From: Octopus vulgaris
Taxonomy: Eukaryota
Reading direction: 5' to 3'
Length of the DNA stretch: 64,000 bases
NCBI GenBank assembly: GCA_951406725.2
Contig: OX597814.1
Coordinates: 66,650,001-66,714,000 of the forward strand
Shown here: in pieces, positions 25,681 through 39,018 of the stretch
How positions within the stretch are numbered: position 1 is the first letter of the stretch
Layout of the letters: every line of letters begins with the position of its first letter
Made by a program: the position numbers and the translations under genes
Notes under the pieces: model-generated
What the model was told of the DNA's origin: nothing
What the model saw: only the letters and a program-made list of their open reading frames with translations
Databases searched by the model: none

Positions 25681-27546
25681 ATGTGTATGCTTGCATTTAT
25701 AAGTGTGGATATCTATGCTCACACCCCTATATCTGCATACAGTCAATGAAAACTTCACTGATAGCGGTACCCGGTTGAGACAGATTGTTGAGTATCAGCC
25801 ATTATAAACAGCTACTAATCAACACTAAGATTCAGATTTGAACGCGAGACATACCGTAACACATTGGTAGTTTCTGGCCTAAAGTTACATCAAATTAATT
25901 TGATTAGATTACTATTCTTAATATTCTTACGAAATAAGGCTATGCAGATTAAAGTTGAAGCAATAAAAACACAACAAAACGTAAACAACGGATTTGAAGA
26001 CTATTCGTAAAAAAAAAATGATCACCGTCATTTTTCATCTGCATACATACAGAATGATGCTACATACATACACACGCTACCCATACACGCCGCTACCCAT
26101 ACTCACACACACTTATGTCGATATCTATGTTGTTCAAAGAACGCCTCCTGATGTTATGATTTTGGTCTACTCAGAGAAAACCACACTTCACTGAAGAGAT
26201 GCGAGTTGTGATTCTGGCGATGTTGTAAGAAGAATATAAGCATCAAGAATGCTTATGTCGTTACATTGTGCTCTCTCTCTCTCTCTCTCTTTCCCCCCTC
26301 TCTCCCCCCTCTCTCTCCCTCTCTCTCTCCCTCTCTCTCATTGTAGGTTAACTATGATAGTCTGATCAAAATATAATATATAGTGTAATCTTTCGATCGT
26401 TGATAGGTTTAGCAAATTAAATCACTTTATACAATTGAGAATTATTAATATTGTTTTATAGTTATTTATTTGCAACAAATCAGTTCAGTAAAAAAGATTT
26501 TGGTCCGAGTTTAATGGAACTGCCGCTATATGCGGTAATTGCCAGATTTGTTGACAAATGGCTACTGGTAAAATGAAATTATATGAGAGTGTATGTAACG
26601 TGGTATTTTTAAACATAAGACAATTTCCCTTGGATCGTCAGCATTAGTTCATTTAAAAATTTCCATTAATTAGAGGAAAAATTTCTTCGTAAGAATATTA
26701 TGCTGTATCGAAATTAAGTGGTTAGATTTAATTTGCCTTCGTGTCTGATTAGCATGCTGGTATCTAGACGTTGTGGTTTGATGACCTACTCCAGCAGCTT
26801 ATTAAGAAACGGTAACTAAAACTCAACGTAAAACCAGAGAACTTGAGCACAACGAAACTAATGCAGGTACCATAATGGTGTATAAAAAAGACTAAAATCT
26901 GCGAGTTACTCCTCTCCAGCACATGTCACACGAATGACGTGTAAAATTTGTATTAGAAACTGTTATATCTTTCACAAGAGCAGTCGGAACTTTTGAAGGA
27001 ATATGACAATTTACCTTGTACATGATCACTTCCAGGAATGCCATAAGCATGTAATACCGTCAATAGTCCAATCAGCCATATCAGTAAAATCTGAAAGTTG
27101 AGGAAAAGAAAGATTTGAATATATTTTGTTATTTTAGATTCATTTTCATTAATATATTTTGGGGGTTTTATTTCTATTATTGATAGAGGTAGGTTATATA
27201 CAAGTTAACAATGGAGTGACAACGCCCGATATATTTATGGACACTTCCTGTCCAATCTCAACATCTGCAGGTCAAAGACTTCGAGAATAGGGAGAGAACT
27301 GGGGAGGTAAAACGGCCTGAATGCTTACAAAAGTGAACTGATTGAGTCGCTTAAGCATTGAATAAAATTATTTCGGTAATTATTCCGAATTTTTGCAGTC
27401 GGGGTTCAAATCCCGCTTAAATATCAATACAAAAGAGAGAGATAAAGAGAGAGTAACAATGGGAATATAAAATGATGGAGTGACAAATAGGTAGAAAGAT
27501 GTGTGCATTGGCTCACATATATATGTGTTTATATATGTAGCTGTTT

Positions 27547-28374
27547 CTTCTTTTCTTTTCTCCCGTCTGTCTTGATAGACAATGGGTCGCGCCAAGGGTG
27601 GGGCTTACTTTGATGATGAGCAGCGTCTGCTGTGACTGAACAGTCCAATTCTAGAGTGGCAGTCCCTGGTACAGTTGCTGCACACGAACATCGATGGGTA
27701 CGTGTGGGGTGTTGCTGCAGTTGTCCTCCTCCTGTCCCGCCTGTCCGACCACAGCTGTACTCTCCTTTCCTCAGCCATGGAAACGCCTTTCCTCACTGTC
27801 CGACGCCAGGCAGAGCGGTCAGCAGCTGTTACCTCCCACGTGTCCACACAGATGTTGGCAGTACTCAGGTCGCGCTTGCACACATGCCTGTATCGTAGCT
27901 GTGGACGTCCCTTGGGTCGGGATCCCGTGGTGAGTTCTCTGTACAGGATGTCTTTAGGCATGCGACCGTCCTGCATGCGGCAGACGTGTCCGAGCCAGCG
28001 CAGTCGTCTCCGCACGAGGAGGGCATGCATGCTTGGCATATTAGTCTGTTCTAGGATGACTCCGTTTGGTACTCGGTCCTTCCAGGAGATGCCAAGGATC
28101 CGTCGAAGACACCGCATGTGGAAGCCGCTGAGGCGGCATTCTTGCCGGGTGTATGTTGTCCAGCTCTCGCTGCCGTAGAGTAGGGTGCTCAGCACGCAGG
28201 CTCGGTACACTGCGATCTTGGTGGTTATTGTGAGCATGTTGTTTTCCCACACTCTCCTGGAGAGCTTAGCCATGGCAGCAGCAGCCTTCCCAATCCGTCT
28301 GTTCAGCTCCGGCTCGAGGGACAGGCTGCTGGAGACCGTCGATCCCAGGTAAGTGAACTCGTTCACCACCTGCA
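27547..28374 (-). mobile_element. 5'-truncated young RTE (BovB-like) LINE with 8-bp TSD
   Basis: Uninterrupted frame FTYLGS...LLYGSESW...FHMRCLRRILGISWKD...RRLRWLGHV.RM...RPKGRP...CSNC..CHSRIGLFSHSRRC, stop at 27605, then a (GAAAA)-like tail. AGCTGTTT is duplicated at 27539-27546 and 28375-28382. Confidence 0.93.
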
Positions 28375-28745
28375 AGCTGTTTACATACACATAAATACAT
28401 ACACACAGCGAAATAGACAATCGCGCAATCCATATTTTTGGCCTGGTGTTGCTTTGGAAAAAAGGAAAAGAATAAGCAAGGTTAATTATGCATGGCACTA
28501 CAAACCATGTGAAATAATATATTTTGGGTATGTAAAGCTATTTGGACTTTGATGCCTTATGAAGCGTCGGCCGTTCAGACATTAGACATATGTTTTAGAT
28601 TTACAAGGGAAAACAATCAGAGTATATTATATTTACACCTTTCACAATATCAGTAGATGAAGATTGATACGATTGAAATTGTGTAACATCCATTTCTTTC
28701 TCAATAGCACAAATGATGTAAATAAATAAATAAATATATAAGGGA

Positions 28746-28790
28746 CTAGAAGAGATACCTGGCGTTGCTCGGCATTAAAATGGCATAGAT
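28746..28790 (-). mobile_element. Helitron-like 3' terminus fragment
   Basis: Minus strand CCGAGCAACGCCAGGTATCTCTTCTAG|T: imperfect GC hairpin followed by CTAG. Confidence 0.4.
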
Positions 28791-28995
28791 TTTTGTTGTT
28801 GTTTCACTTATAGCGGTCATTATGACTGCGGCCAGGCAGGAGCAACGCCTTTAGTCGACGAAATCAAACCCAGGATATATTCTTTATAAGCCTAGTACTT
28901 ATTTATCGGTGTGTTTTGCCAAACGGCTAAGTCACGGGGATGTAAATACAGCAACATCGGTTGTCAAGCAATGGTGGGGTTACAAAGACAGACAC
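28790..28995 (-). mobile_element. SINE family A, 3' half
   Basis: Reverse complement of the family A post-microsatellite body. Confidence 0.75.
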
Positions 28996-29507
28996 ACACA
29001 CGCACACACAGATATACATATATTTACATACATATATACATAGACATATATATACATATATAAATATATATATATGCATGTATATACATATGTACATATT
29101 TTTACATATATGTATAAATATATATATGTGTGTGTGTGTATACACACACATACATATATATACATATAAATATACATATATATATATACATATGTATATA
29201 CATATAGATCTATATATATGCATATATATATATGTATAGGGAGATTTTACGAAAAAAACATAAGACGAAGACAGGTGGTGTACAAAACAAACAGATGTAT
29301 TAGTATAACGCTCAGGAATAGAAAAAGTCTTTTACGTTTAGAGCCTACGCTCTTCTATAGAGAGGGACACAGAAAAAACAAGGAGAGAAAAAATGTGTGT
29401 AGTGGCTAATGATCTATCATGGCGATACATATACATCTATACATATACATCCATAAACATACTTCTATATATATATATATATATATATATACATGAATAT
29501 ATATACA

Positions 29508-29570
<63 letters not shown>

Positions 29571-29697
29571 CATGTATATATATGCATATATACCGGAGTA
29601 AACACTTAAATGTGAAACAAGGTGAAAAAAAAGAGTACTCAAATACCAGTGGTAGAGTAATATGCTTTATTTAAAGCAGCAGAAAATTCTACAAAAC

Positions 29698-29735
29698 CTG
29701 TTACTCTGAGTTTCGCGTTGCCGTTCATCGGACAG
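29698..29735 (-). ncRNA. Minimal hammerhead-like motif with variant core CCGAUGA
   Basis: Minus: CTGT-CCGATGA-A-CG-GCAA-CG-C-GAA-ACTC-A-GAGT-A-ACAG. Stem I CTGT/ACAG, GNRA-capped short stem II, GUA cleavage triplet. Confidence 0.55.
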
Positions 29736-29802
29736 TTTTTGCAACGCGAAACTCAGAGTAACATGTTTTGTAGAATTTTCTGCTGCTTTAAATAAATATA
29801 TA

Positions 29803-29849
<47 letters not shown>

Positions 29850-29885
29850 GTATATATTTGTATATACACACACATATATATATAC

Positions 29886-29928
<43 letters not shown>

Positions 29929-30009
29929 TGTAAAAATATATATGTATATATACATGCATACATATACATCTATACCTGTATACATGTATATATATATATG
30001 CATATATAT

Positions 30010-30056
<47 letters not shown>

Positions 30057-30160
30057 TATATATTAATAGTAATAGTATGACAATAAACGAATGAATGAGA
30101 CCTCGATATTATGTAAATAGAGAAATGTATCTGTAATATAAGACAATTATTCGGATACCA

Positions 30161-30223
30161 TAATAAAACTCCGAGTTTCAGATGTTGGGGCGGAAATCTG
30201 CTCCGGCATCTCGTCAGTTATTA
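30161..30223 (-). ncRNA. Type-I hammerhead ribozyme motif (PLE/retrozyme type)
   Basis: Minus: TAATAA-CTGACGA-GATG(ccggagcagatttccgccccaa)CATC-T-GAA-ACTC-G-GAGT-T-TTATTA. 6-bp stem I, intact core, extended stem II, GUU site. Confidence 0.72.
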
Positions 30224-30839
30224 AGACAAAAAATATTTCTATTTGTGTTAAAGCTCGGAGTTTATTATGGCAACCGAATAATTGTCACATAATATATATA
30301 TATATATGCATGTAAGATGGTTTTAGCATTAATAGGGAAAGTATTAAACCTGAAAGTATTATCTTACATTACAATAGAGATGATATTGCTTCACTTTTGA
30401 CACATAATACTGAAATCGTGTAAGAAATAAGAGATTGCTCCGAACTCGCATTAGGCCAAGAAATACACGCGAACACACACACACACACAAACACACGAAC
30501 ACTCACATATACATGCACATTCTGTGTGAGTGCAAGAGAATTTGAATGTATTGAAGTATATTTTGTGTGTGTGTGCTTGTATCATAACGTGTGTATAATA
30601 TGCGCTGAAGCGGCATTCGCGTGTAGATTTATCAAAACTTGGGTGTAAAAACATTTCATTTCTTAAAAGGTGCAAGATACATGTCTAAGTATACATCGAC
30701 TGAACATGTGCAAAGCATATGGAATGGAAAAAAGTGAGGTAAACATTAGGTGAAGAATATACAGTAGTGTTTGTTCAAGATGAAGATATGGTTGTTTAAA
30801 CGTACCATCTGTTGAATAAAAATTTATATTATACCTTAG

Positions 30840-30876
<37 letters not shown>

Positions 30877-30974
30877 ATAGTGATGGTGAACGTAAATTTA
30901 CCCTAGATGATTCTCACTGTGTAAAATTAGGTACCAGTTTTGAGTAAAATGATACCGAGAGAATGTTTGTCTCT

Positions 30975-31410
30975 CATCGCTTCCTGTCTTTGATAAAATA
31001 GATATTAGTAATATAATAAAGATTCACTTAATTTCATTCACTTAATTTACAATGACAACATTTCTTATAAACTTATTGCACCTTATAATAAATTATTATG
31101 GATAGCAGAATCTTTAGCGGGTGGAACAAAGTGTTATGTGATATTTGTCCTATTTCTTTAGGTTCTGAGTTCACATCGCACTAAAGTCAAATCAGCTGAT
31201 TTGACTTTAGTGCGATGTGAACTCTAAAGAAATGGACAAATATCACATAACACTTTGTTCCACCCGCTAAAGATTCTGCTATCCATAATAATTTATTATA
31301 AGGTGCAATAAGAGCTTTATAAAATGTTGTCATTGTAAATTAAGTGAATGAAATTAAGTGAATCTTTATTATATTACTAATATCTATTTTATCAAAGACA
31401 GGAAGCGATG
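30975..31410. repeat. Near-perfect spacer-less palindrome, arms about 215-220 bp
   Basis: Centre TCAG|CTGA at 31195/31196. Arms are reverse complements apart from a few small indels. Confidence 0.92.
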
Positions 31411-31591
31411 TATGTATGTATGTATGTATGTATGTATGTATGTATGTATGTATGTATGTATGTATGTATGTATGTATGTATGTATGTATGTATGTATGTA
31501 TGTATGTATGTATGTATGTATGCATGCATGTATGTATGTATGCATGCATGCATGCATGCATGCATGCATGCATGCATGCATGTATGTATGT

Positions 31592-31864
31592 ATCACGTGA
31601 CCGACCAGACCATCAGATGTTGTTACACATCGCGTTCGCATTGTTTTAGCCTTCGAATTACGCCACCCCGCTGACTAAGCGATCAGGCCAACAGAAGAAA
31701 GAGTGGTGAGAGAGTACAGCAGGGATCACCACCCCCTGCCGGAGCCTCGTGGAGCTTTTAGGTGTTTTCGCTCAATAAACACTCACAGCGCCCGGTCTGG
31801 GAATCGAAACCGCGATCCTACGACCGCGAGTCCGCTGCCCTAACCACTGGACCATTGCGCCTCC

Positions 31865-31865
<1 letters not shown>
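31592..31865 (-). mobile_element. tRNA-derived SINE family C
   Basis: Minus head GGAGGCGCAATGGTCCAGTGGTTAGG...GGTTTCGATTCCC (A and B boxes), with the tail running into (CATA)n. Related head at 63683 (+). Confidence 0.8.
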
Positions 31866-31931
<66 letters not shown>

Positions 31932-31953
31932 TTTGTGTAGGTATATATATATA

Positions 31954-33046
31954 CAGGATCATCCCATAATTAAGGCGGTTTTTTCAACTGCATGAGCTAA
32001 AGTCGAAGAGGAGCGGGATAAGCTACCTGCATCAACTTGCTATAGTAGCAGGTAGTAATCTTAGTGCATGTTTTAAAGAGTACAGTTCGATTTGAACAGG
32101 AATATTAATGCAGTAAACGGGGGATAGGACAATAAGCGTAAGCCAGTGTCAACGGTGGTTCCAGAAATTCCGAGCAGGAAACTACAGCCTAGAAGATGAG
32201 TCATGTCCTGGAAGATCTGTAGAGCTCGACAAGAACGGCCTGCTAACCCTGGAAAAACAAAATCCTATCGTAAAAGTTAATGAACTAGCAGAGAAGTTTG
32301 AATTTGGTCATTCAACCATTCATTGATGCCTGCGTGCTATCAGAAAAGTCACCAAATTGGGTCAATGGGTTCCTCACAAACTTCCCGGCTCTAATCGCGC
32401 GCAGAGAGTAAATGTGTGCTCTTCTTTGCTGTCACTTTTCACGAATGAACATTTTTGGCCCGAAACACCCACAACCCAGGCTAAAGAAGGTCTTCACCCA
32501 CGTAAGATGTTGTTATCTGTTTGGTGAGATATGAAAGGTTTAGTCCACTTTGAACTTTTAAACTCAATTGAAACGATAACCAAGGAAATCTACTACGAGC
32601 AGCTTGAGCGGCTTAAGTCAGCTCTTGAAGAAAAACGACCACCTTTGATTTCAGCACGAAAGGTGTTCTTCTATCAGGATAATGCTCGGCCGCATACAGT
32701 GAGGATGACATTCCAAAGGCTGGAGCAGTTTGAATGGAAAATGATGCCCAACCACCATATTCGCTGAACATTGCCCCATCTGATTATCATTTATTCCGCA
32801 GTCTTCAAAAACATTTAGACGGAAAAAAATATGAACTCTGTAGTCGAGGTGAGAACAGTGCTGGAGGAGTATTTTGCGTTACGAAGAAGTGAATTTTGGA
32901 AGTGGGCCTTGCAAATCTACGAGATAGATGGAAGAGCATTGTAGAAAATGAAGGAGAGTATATTTTAGATTAAAAAAGAACTTTATCTTAATTTTGAAAA
33001 ACAAAAGAAGTATAAGAAAAGCCGCATTATTTATGGGATGACCCAA
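31954..33046 (+). mobile_element. Defective mariner transposon
   Basis: Imperfect TIRs (CAGGATCATCCCATAATTAAGGCGG / CCGCATTATTTATGGGATGACCCAA) flanked by TA. Transposase remnants WVPHKL, YQDNARPH and IAPSDYHLFRSL, with stops and deletions. Confidence 0.92.
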
Positions 33047-33122
33047 TATGTATATGTGTGTGTGTGTTTGTTTGTTTGTTTGTGTGTGTGTATGTGTGTG
33101 TGTGTCTGTGTGTGTGTGTGTG

Positions 33123-33310
33123 TAGGCGCAGCCATGGCTGTGTGGTAAAAACTTGCCTCCCAGCCACATAGTTCCGTGATCAGCAAATATGACTGAGCGA
33201 ATAAGTAACAGACGCACAAAGTCCTGGGGTAGATTTCCTCGACTAAAGGTGTAGGTGCAGCATGGCCGCAGCCAAACGACTGAAACAACTAAAAGAATAA
33301 AAGAATAAAA

Positions 33311-33312
<2 letters not shown>
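33123..33312 (+). mobile_element. SINE family A, internally deleted
   Basis: Head GGCGCAGCCATGGCTGTGTGGTAA joined to tail GCATGGCCGCAGCCAAACGACTGAAAC(..AAAAGAAT)n. Confidence 0.7.
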
Positions 33313-33388
<76 letters not shown>

Positions 33389-33610
33389 AATGCGAAAAAC
33401 GAAGAACAAAAACACAAAAAAAAAACAACAACGTGAGGACGTGTTAGATGCACAGTATTAGCAGACACTCAGGAAAGGCAAAAAAGATGGTCTAACGTTT
33501 CGAGTGAAGCTCTTCTTCAAAAACCGAGGAAAGTCCAATGGAAAAGGAAAACCGATTTAAAAAATCGCCAACGATTCACATGTGGTTACATTTTAAAGTG
33601 ACCAGAAGGG

Positions 33611-33646
<36 letters not shown>

Positions 33647-34324
33647 TATATAAATATATATACATATAGGTGCATATATACATACATACACACCATACAC
33701 ACACACATACATACATACACATATTTATATAGGAATGCACAGAAACCTATCTCACCCAACCCCACGCACACACAGACACACACACAACTACACGCACATA
33801 CACACATACACACACACACAAATGAACCCACACATACATCCCATACACACAGCACACACTCATACATACACGCACAATTATACATACATGTATACACATA
33901 TACGCACATACAAGCACACACGCACACATACACAAAGTAAGGCAGAGTTATTCACCACACACACAAACTCTACGCATACACACACGAACACACGCATACA
34001 TACACACACACACTACAAACAAAACACGCACACACACACATACTTCAAACTACCAGTACCTTTCACTGACCATTCTTCCACGCACACGGGTAGATAGACA
34101 CAAGAGCCACTCCTAATTCATTCTTCCTTGACCTTAAACAATACTAAGCCCTACTACACACATAGATTAACAACCACAACCACACACACACACGTGTTAT
34201 CTTTGCACACATAGAACTTTTTCTTCACCCATTCCCTTCCGGTCATTTAAAATGTGACCGCGTGTGTACCGTTGGCGATTTTTTTCCCTCCGTCTTCCCT
34301 TCTTTGGATCTTTCCTTTTCCCAT

Positions 34325-34359
34325 GTTTCTGACGAAGAGCTCCGCTCGAAACGTTAAAC
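34325..34359 (+). ncRNA. Minimal type-I hammerhead ribozyme motif
   Basis: GTTT-CTGACGA-A-GAGC-TCC-GCTC-GAA-ACGT-T-AAAC. Intact core, 4-bp stems I and II, palindromic ACGT stem III. Diverged inverted paralog at 33489-33525. Confidence 0.72.
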
Positions 34360-34457
34360 CCTCCTTCTTTCCTTCTTTCCTGAGCGTCCAATAATACTAT
34401 ACTTGTTCCACGTCCTCTCGTTGTTGTGTTTTCTCTTTTGTGTTTTCATGTTTGGAT

Positions 34458-34601
<144 letters not shown>

Positions 34602-34630
34602 CATACATACATACATATATTTATATATCT

Positions 34631-37530
34631 GAACTCTTATAATGAGCAGCGTATTAGTCGAGACGAGAGGTCGGTAGCGGTCCGTAAGAGTCGGTGTGTT
34701 ACTTCCGCGTTGAATTCGCACAGAACCCGTAAGTTAGCGTAATGGTAGTTGTTCGAATTACTGTGTGTTGGTACTGCTACTAGAATGTGGTAGGGGTTCG
34801 ATTCCCACAATATATCGGATACAGCTGTGCAGCGTTAACCAGCTAGAGGAGACGTCTTCTTGGGGTTAAAAAATCGCAGTAATGTCCGCTGGACCGAAGA
34901 ACAAGAGTGCTACAAAGATTGCTTAGTACAACGAAAAACAAGAGTGCTGTGTACCACGAACAATACTACCTAAGAGAAGTTGAATGGAGGAAAATTTTTC
35001 AAAGTTGGACCTCATCTGAAGCATATTTGCAGGTAAAAGTCGATGACGAATGTTCAAAATTATTGACAATAAATACCCATAAAGGGCTGTATAAATTTAA
35101 TCGATTCCCTTTTGGTATAAAGGTAGCACCTTGTATTTTCCAACCAGTTATGGAGGGACATTATACGCGCAGGTTCGGATTTCGCTGTAGCTTACCATAC
35201 TCATAAAACGTGCATCTCGGGGTCAGCAAGCGGAGCATGTTAAAAAGGTCTCAGAAAAAAAAAAAATTATGTGTTTAAGATCAGTGAGGAAATGTGTGGC
35301 TTTTTTATGCCAAGAATAAAATATCTAGGGCAGATTATTGATGAAAATGGATGCAGACCAGGCCCGTCTAGGGCGAGTGCAATAAAAAATATGCCTCTCC
35401 CGACAAACATTACAACGTTACAAGCATCTTTTGGGCTCTCAAATTACTATCAGGTATACATACCGAATATGCATTAAGAGCACTCCTGAATAACTTGTTA
35501 AAAAAAACATTAAGTGGAACTGGTCGGACAGATGCCAAAAAGCTTTTGAAGAAATTTAAAACATCAAAACGTCGGAATTGTCGTTGTCACATTTTAACCC
35601 AAATTTAGAAATTGTAGTGGCTGCAGATGTTAGTGAAAGCGGTACTGGAGCTGTGATTTTATACAAATATGCAGATGGTAGCCTGAAACCAGTAGCTCAT
35701 GCTTCGCATTCATTATTGCCGGCTGAGAAAAGTTACAGTCATATAGAAAAAGTGAAATTAGCCATTATATTTGCGGATTAAACGTCGGAATTGTCATCGT
35801 ATTTTAAACCAAATTTAGAAATTGTAGTGGCTGCAGATGATAGTGAAAGTGGTACTGTATAAATTTCCGTCTGCAGGCAGACCACCGCCCATTTATCTAT
35901 GGCTCAAAAACGGGTATCCCCACACATACAGCCAACAGATTGCAGCACTGGGGAACGATCCTACTGAATTATAACTTCAAAATGGAGATTTCGCCATCGA
36001 AAAAATCGGGATATGCAGATGGTTTGTCAAGGTTAATACCAAAATACAGTGAACCACTAGAAGACCCAGTGACAACGGCGTTAAAAGAAATATATTGCGA
36101 AATGTGCGTGAATTGCCTGTGACACTGGAGGAAATAAAAATTAAGGCAGAGACGGACGAGATCAGAAGAAACGAATAAAAAAATGCGTGTGGCTGGACTT
36201 AACACTGTCGAATTTGTATTCGATATGTGATAATGTGCTTATGTAGGCACAGAAGGTCGTAATGCCTACATCACTACAATGTCGGATGGTAAAGAAATTC
36301 CACACTGGACATCCAGGAATTTGTACGATAAAGTTGCTTATGCAGAGTTATGTTTACAGACCAAAAATGGATCTAGATATTGAGAAGTTGGTAAAATCCT
36401 GCAGAGGTTGTGCTCTGGCAACGAAATTACCACCTATAAAATTTCAACATTGGCCCAGGACCGATATTTCATGTTCCAGACTTCACATAGGCTTCGCAAG
36501 ACCGTTGAACCGATCATATTATCTAATTATGGTAGATAACTTTACAAAATGGCCAGAAATGTGTAAATGTAGAAAACCGACATCCACAGTAACAGTGGAA
36601 AATCTACACGAACTTTTTGCTAGATATGGTGTTCCGGATACCATAGTCTATGATAGCGGTACACAATTCACAAGGTCAAACGGGCAAGCGAAAAGGTTCG
36701 TGGATACATCTAAAAGAGCATTAAAGAAATCAAGAAACGAGCTAGTCGATGATACAGCATTGACACAATTCTTAAGGGATTATAGGATAACACCAAACCC
36801 AAACACTTTTTCAGGCAAGTCGTCGGCGGAATTGATGTTTGGTCGAAAACTAAAGTCAGTTTTCGACAAGCTGTTACCGGTAACAAAAACAAATAGAGAA
36901 AATACTAAAATACGACAAAGCATTTTAATATCGGTGACAAGGTGTTTTTCAAAATATATAAAAATGGAACATAAGGTTGCGAAGACGCAGCAGTAGCAAA
37001 AAGAATGCGCAAAGTGACATGTATGATAAGAGGCGAAAAATGGGAACACAAAAGACATTTAAATCAGCTAAAAATAGACACAGAAAAAAGAAAAGAGATA
37101 CCCATGGAAGTGTTCTATGACACCTTTGATGTTACAAAGTTAGAAGAAAGTGAACCTAGGCGTAGCAGCACAAGAAGGCGGAAACAAACACAACAGTTGG
37201 AAGTAGTGCATAAACGGAAGAAATATTAAACTTCCTTGGAAGAAAATCAAGGGAGATATGATAAAAGAAAAAAAAATAAATGAAAATAATAATATTAACT
37301 TCCAACGGAAGTCAGTCTCAAAGGGAGAGATGTTATAGCGAGAGTCATTGGAGGATTGGTAGAATGGACTAGCCGAACTCTTATAAAGAGTAGCGTGTTG
37401 GTTGAGACGAGAGGTCGGCAAGAGTCGTTGAAAGGGTGTTTGGAGTCTCGCGAAGTACGTCATGTGAACACATTGTTTTAACCTCCACTGCATTAAATCA
37501 TATATCCAACGTTTGTCAAGGATATAATAT
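34631..37530 (+). mobile_element. Decayed Ty3/gypsy LTR retrotransposon (RT-RNaseH-integrase, 3' LTR about 37331-37530)
   Basis: RT: EAYLQ...LLTINTHKGLYKFNRFPFGIKVAP. RNase H: DVSESGTGAVI...ASHSLLPAEKSYS. Integrase: FHTGHPGI...CRGC...VDNFTKWPE...DSGTQF. Polypurine tract AAGGGAGAGA then TG at 37331. 34631-34676 matches part of the 3' LTR. Confidence 0.92.
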
Positions 37531-38085
37531 ATATGCTTAAATACACTTACATATGTATATATATATATATATATACATGAGAACTATATCGGGAATGAAT
37601 CATCTAATGAGACACAAAGCTGTTACATTCATTTTAAAATGAATATAACATTTATGGCTCTTCCATGATGTAGCTGCTTTAGTTTAATACAGGTTCTCAG
37701 ATCAAACTGCTTGCCAGATAAGTAAGGACCAAAAACACGCCTGTGCGCGGGTGCGCATATTTGTACGTGTGTGTTATATGTGGATATTTATTTGTGTATG
37801 TACGTTACATGTATTACATAGATAATAATATGTATATATCTTTATATGTATTAAAAATACACACAGAGCATATGCAGACTTATAAATATGTATGAGTATG
37901 TATACAGATATGTATATATATATATTAATAGATTTAATCACACATGCATAATCAAACACATTCGTATATAGAGATAGATAAACAGATGTATGTACATACA
38001 TCTGTATTTACACACACACACATACACATATACTTATACATACATACACACGCACTCAGAACACATATATGGGCATATATGTACC

Positions 38086-38181
<96 letters not shown>

Positions 38182-38183
38182 GC

Positions 38184-38265
<82 letters not shown>

Positions 38266-38675
38266 TATGTGTGTATTTTTCTTTCATTACATTGAAAAGT
38301 AGATTGTTGACCTAGTTAGATAAAAAAACAAGATAACGACAGAAAAAAAAATTTTAAGATATGTATGTATGTGAAGATGTTTGTAGAGGGTAGCCGGTTA
38401 AGTATACCTCTGAAAGAAGAAATTTGAAGGAAAAGCAAAGGTGGTATTGTTGGGGGTTAATAACAAAAGGCATACAGAGAAAGCAAATTAAGAAAATAGT
38501 GAAGTGTGACTTGAGTAATAGAGAAAATGAAAATAACGTAGAATGTTAGAGCACAAAAGAGTGCAAATTTTATATTATCTATATACCATACTCATGTATC
38601 GAATTAAGGATCTCTCTCTACACTGTCACAATGTGTGTTTGTGTGTGTATGTGTGTAAGTTTGCGTGTATGTGTG

Positions 38676-38764
<89 letters not shown>

Positions 38765-38817
38765 GTGTGTGTGTGTGTGCGTGCGTCTGTATACATATGT
38801 ATATACATACACACGCA

Positions 38818-38882
<65 letters not shown>

Positions 38883-38911
38883 GGGGGGAGAGAGAGAGCT
38901 AGCTAGCTAGC

Positions 38912-38981
<70 letters not shown>

Positions 38982-39018
38982 CACATATATATATTTCGCA
39001 CACATATATATGCTATAA

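Noticed and set aside
31790-31865. tRNA gene-like sequence (also 63683-63755)
   Set aside because: Continues into a repeated SINE body, and I could not fold a clean cloverleaf; treated as SINE heads.
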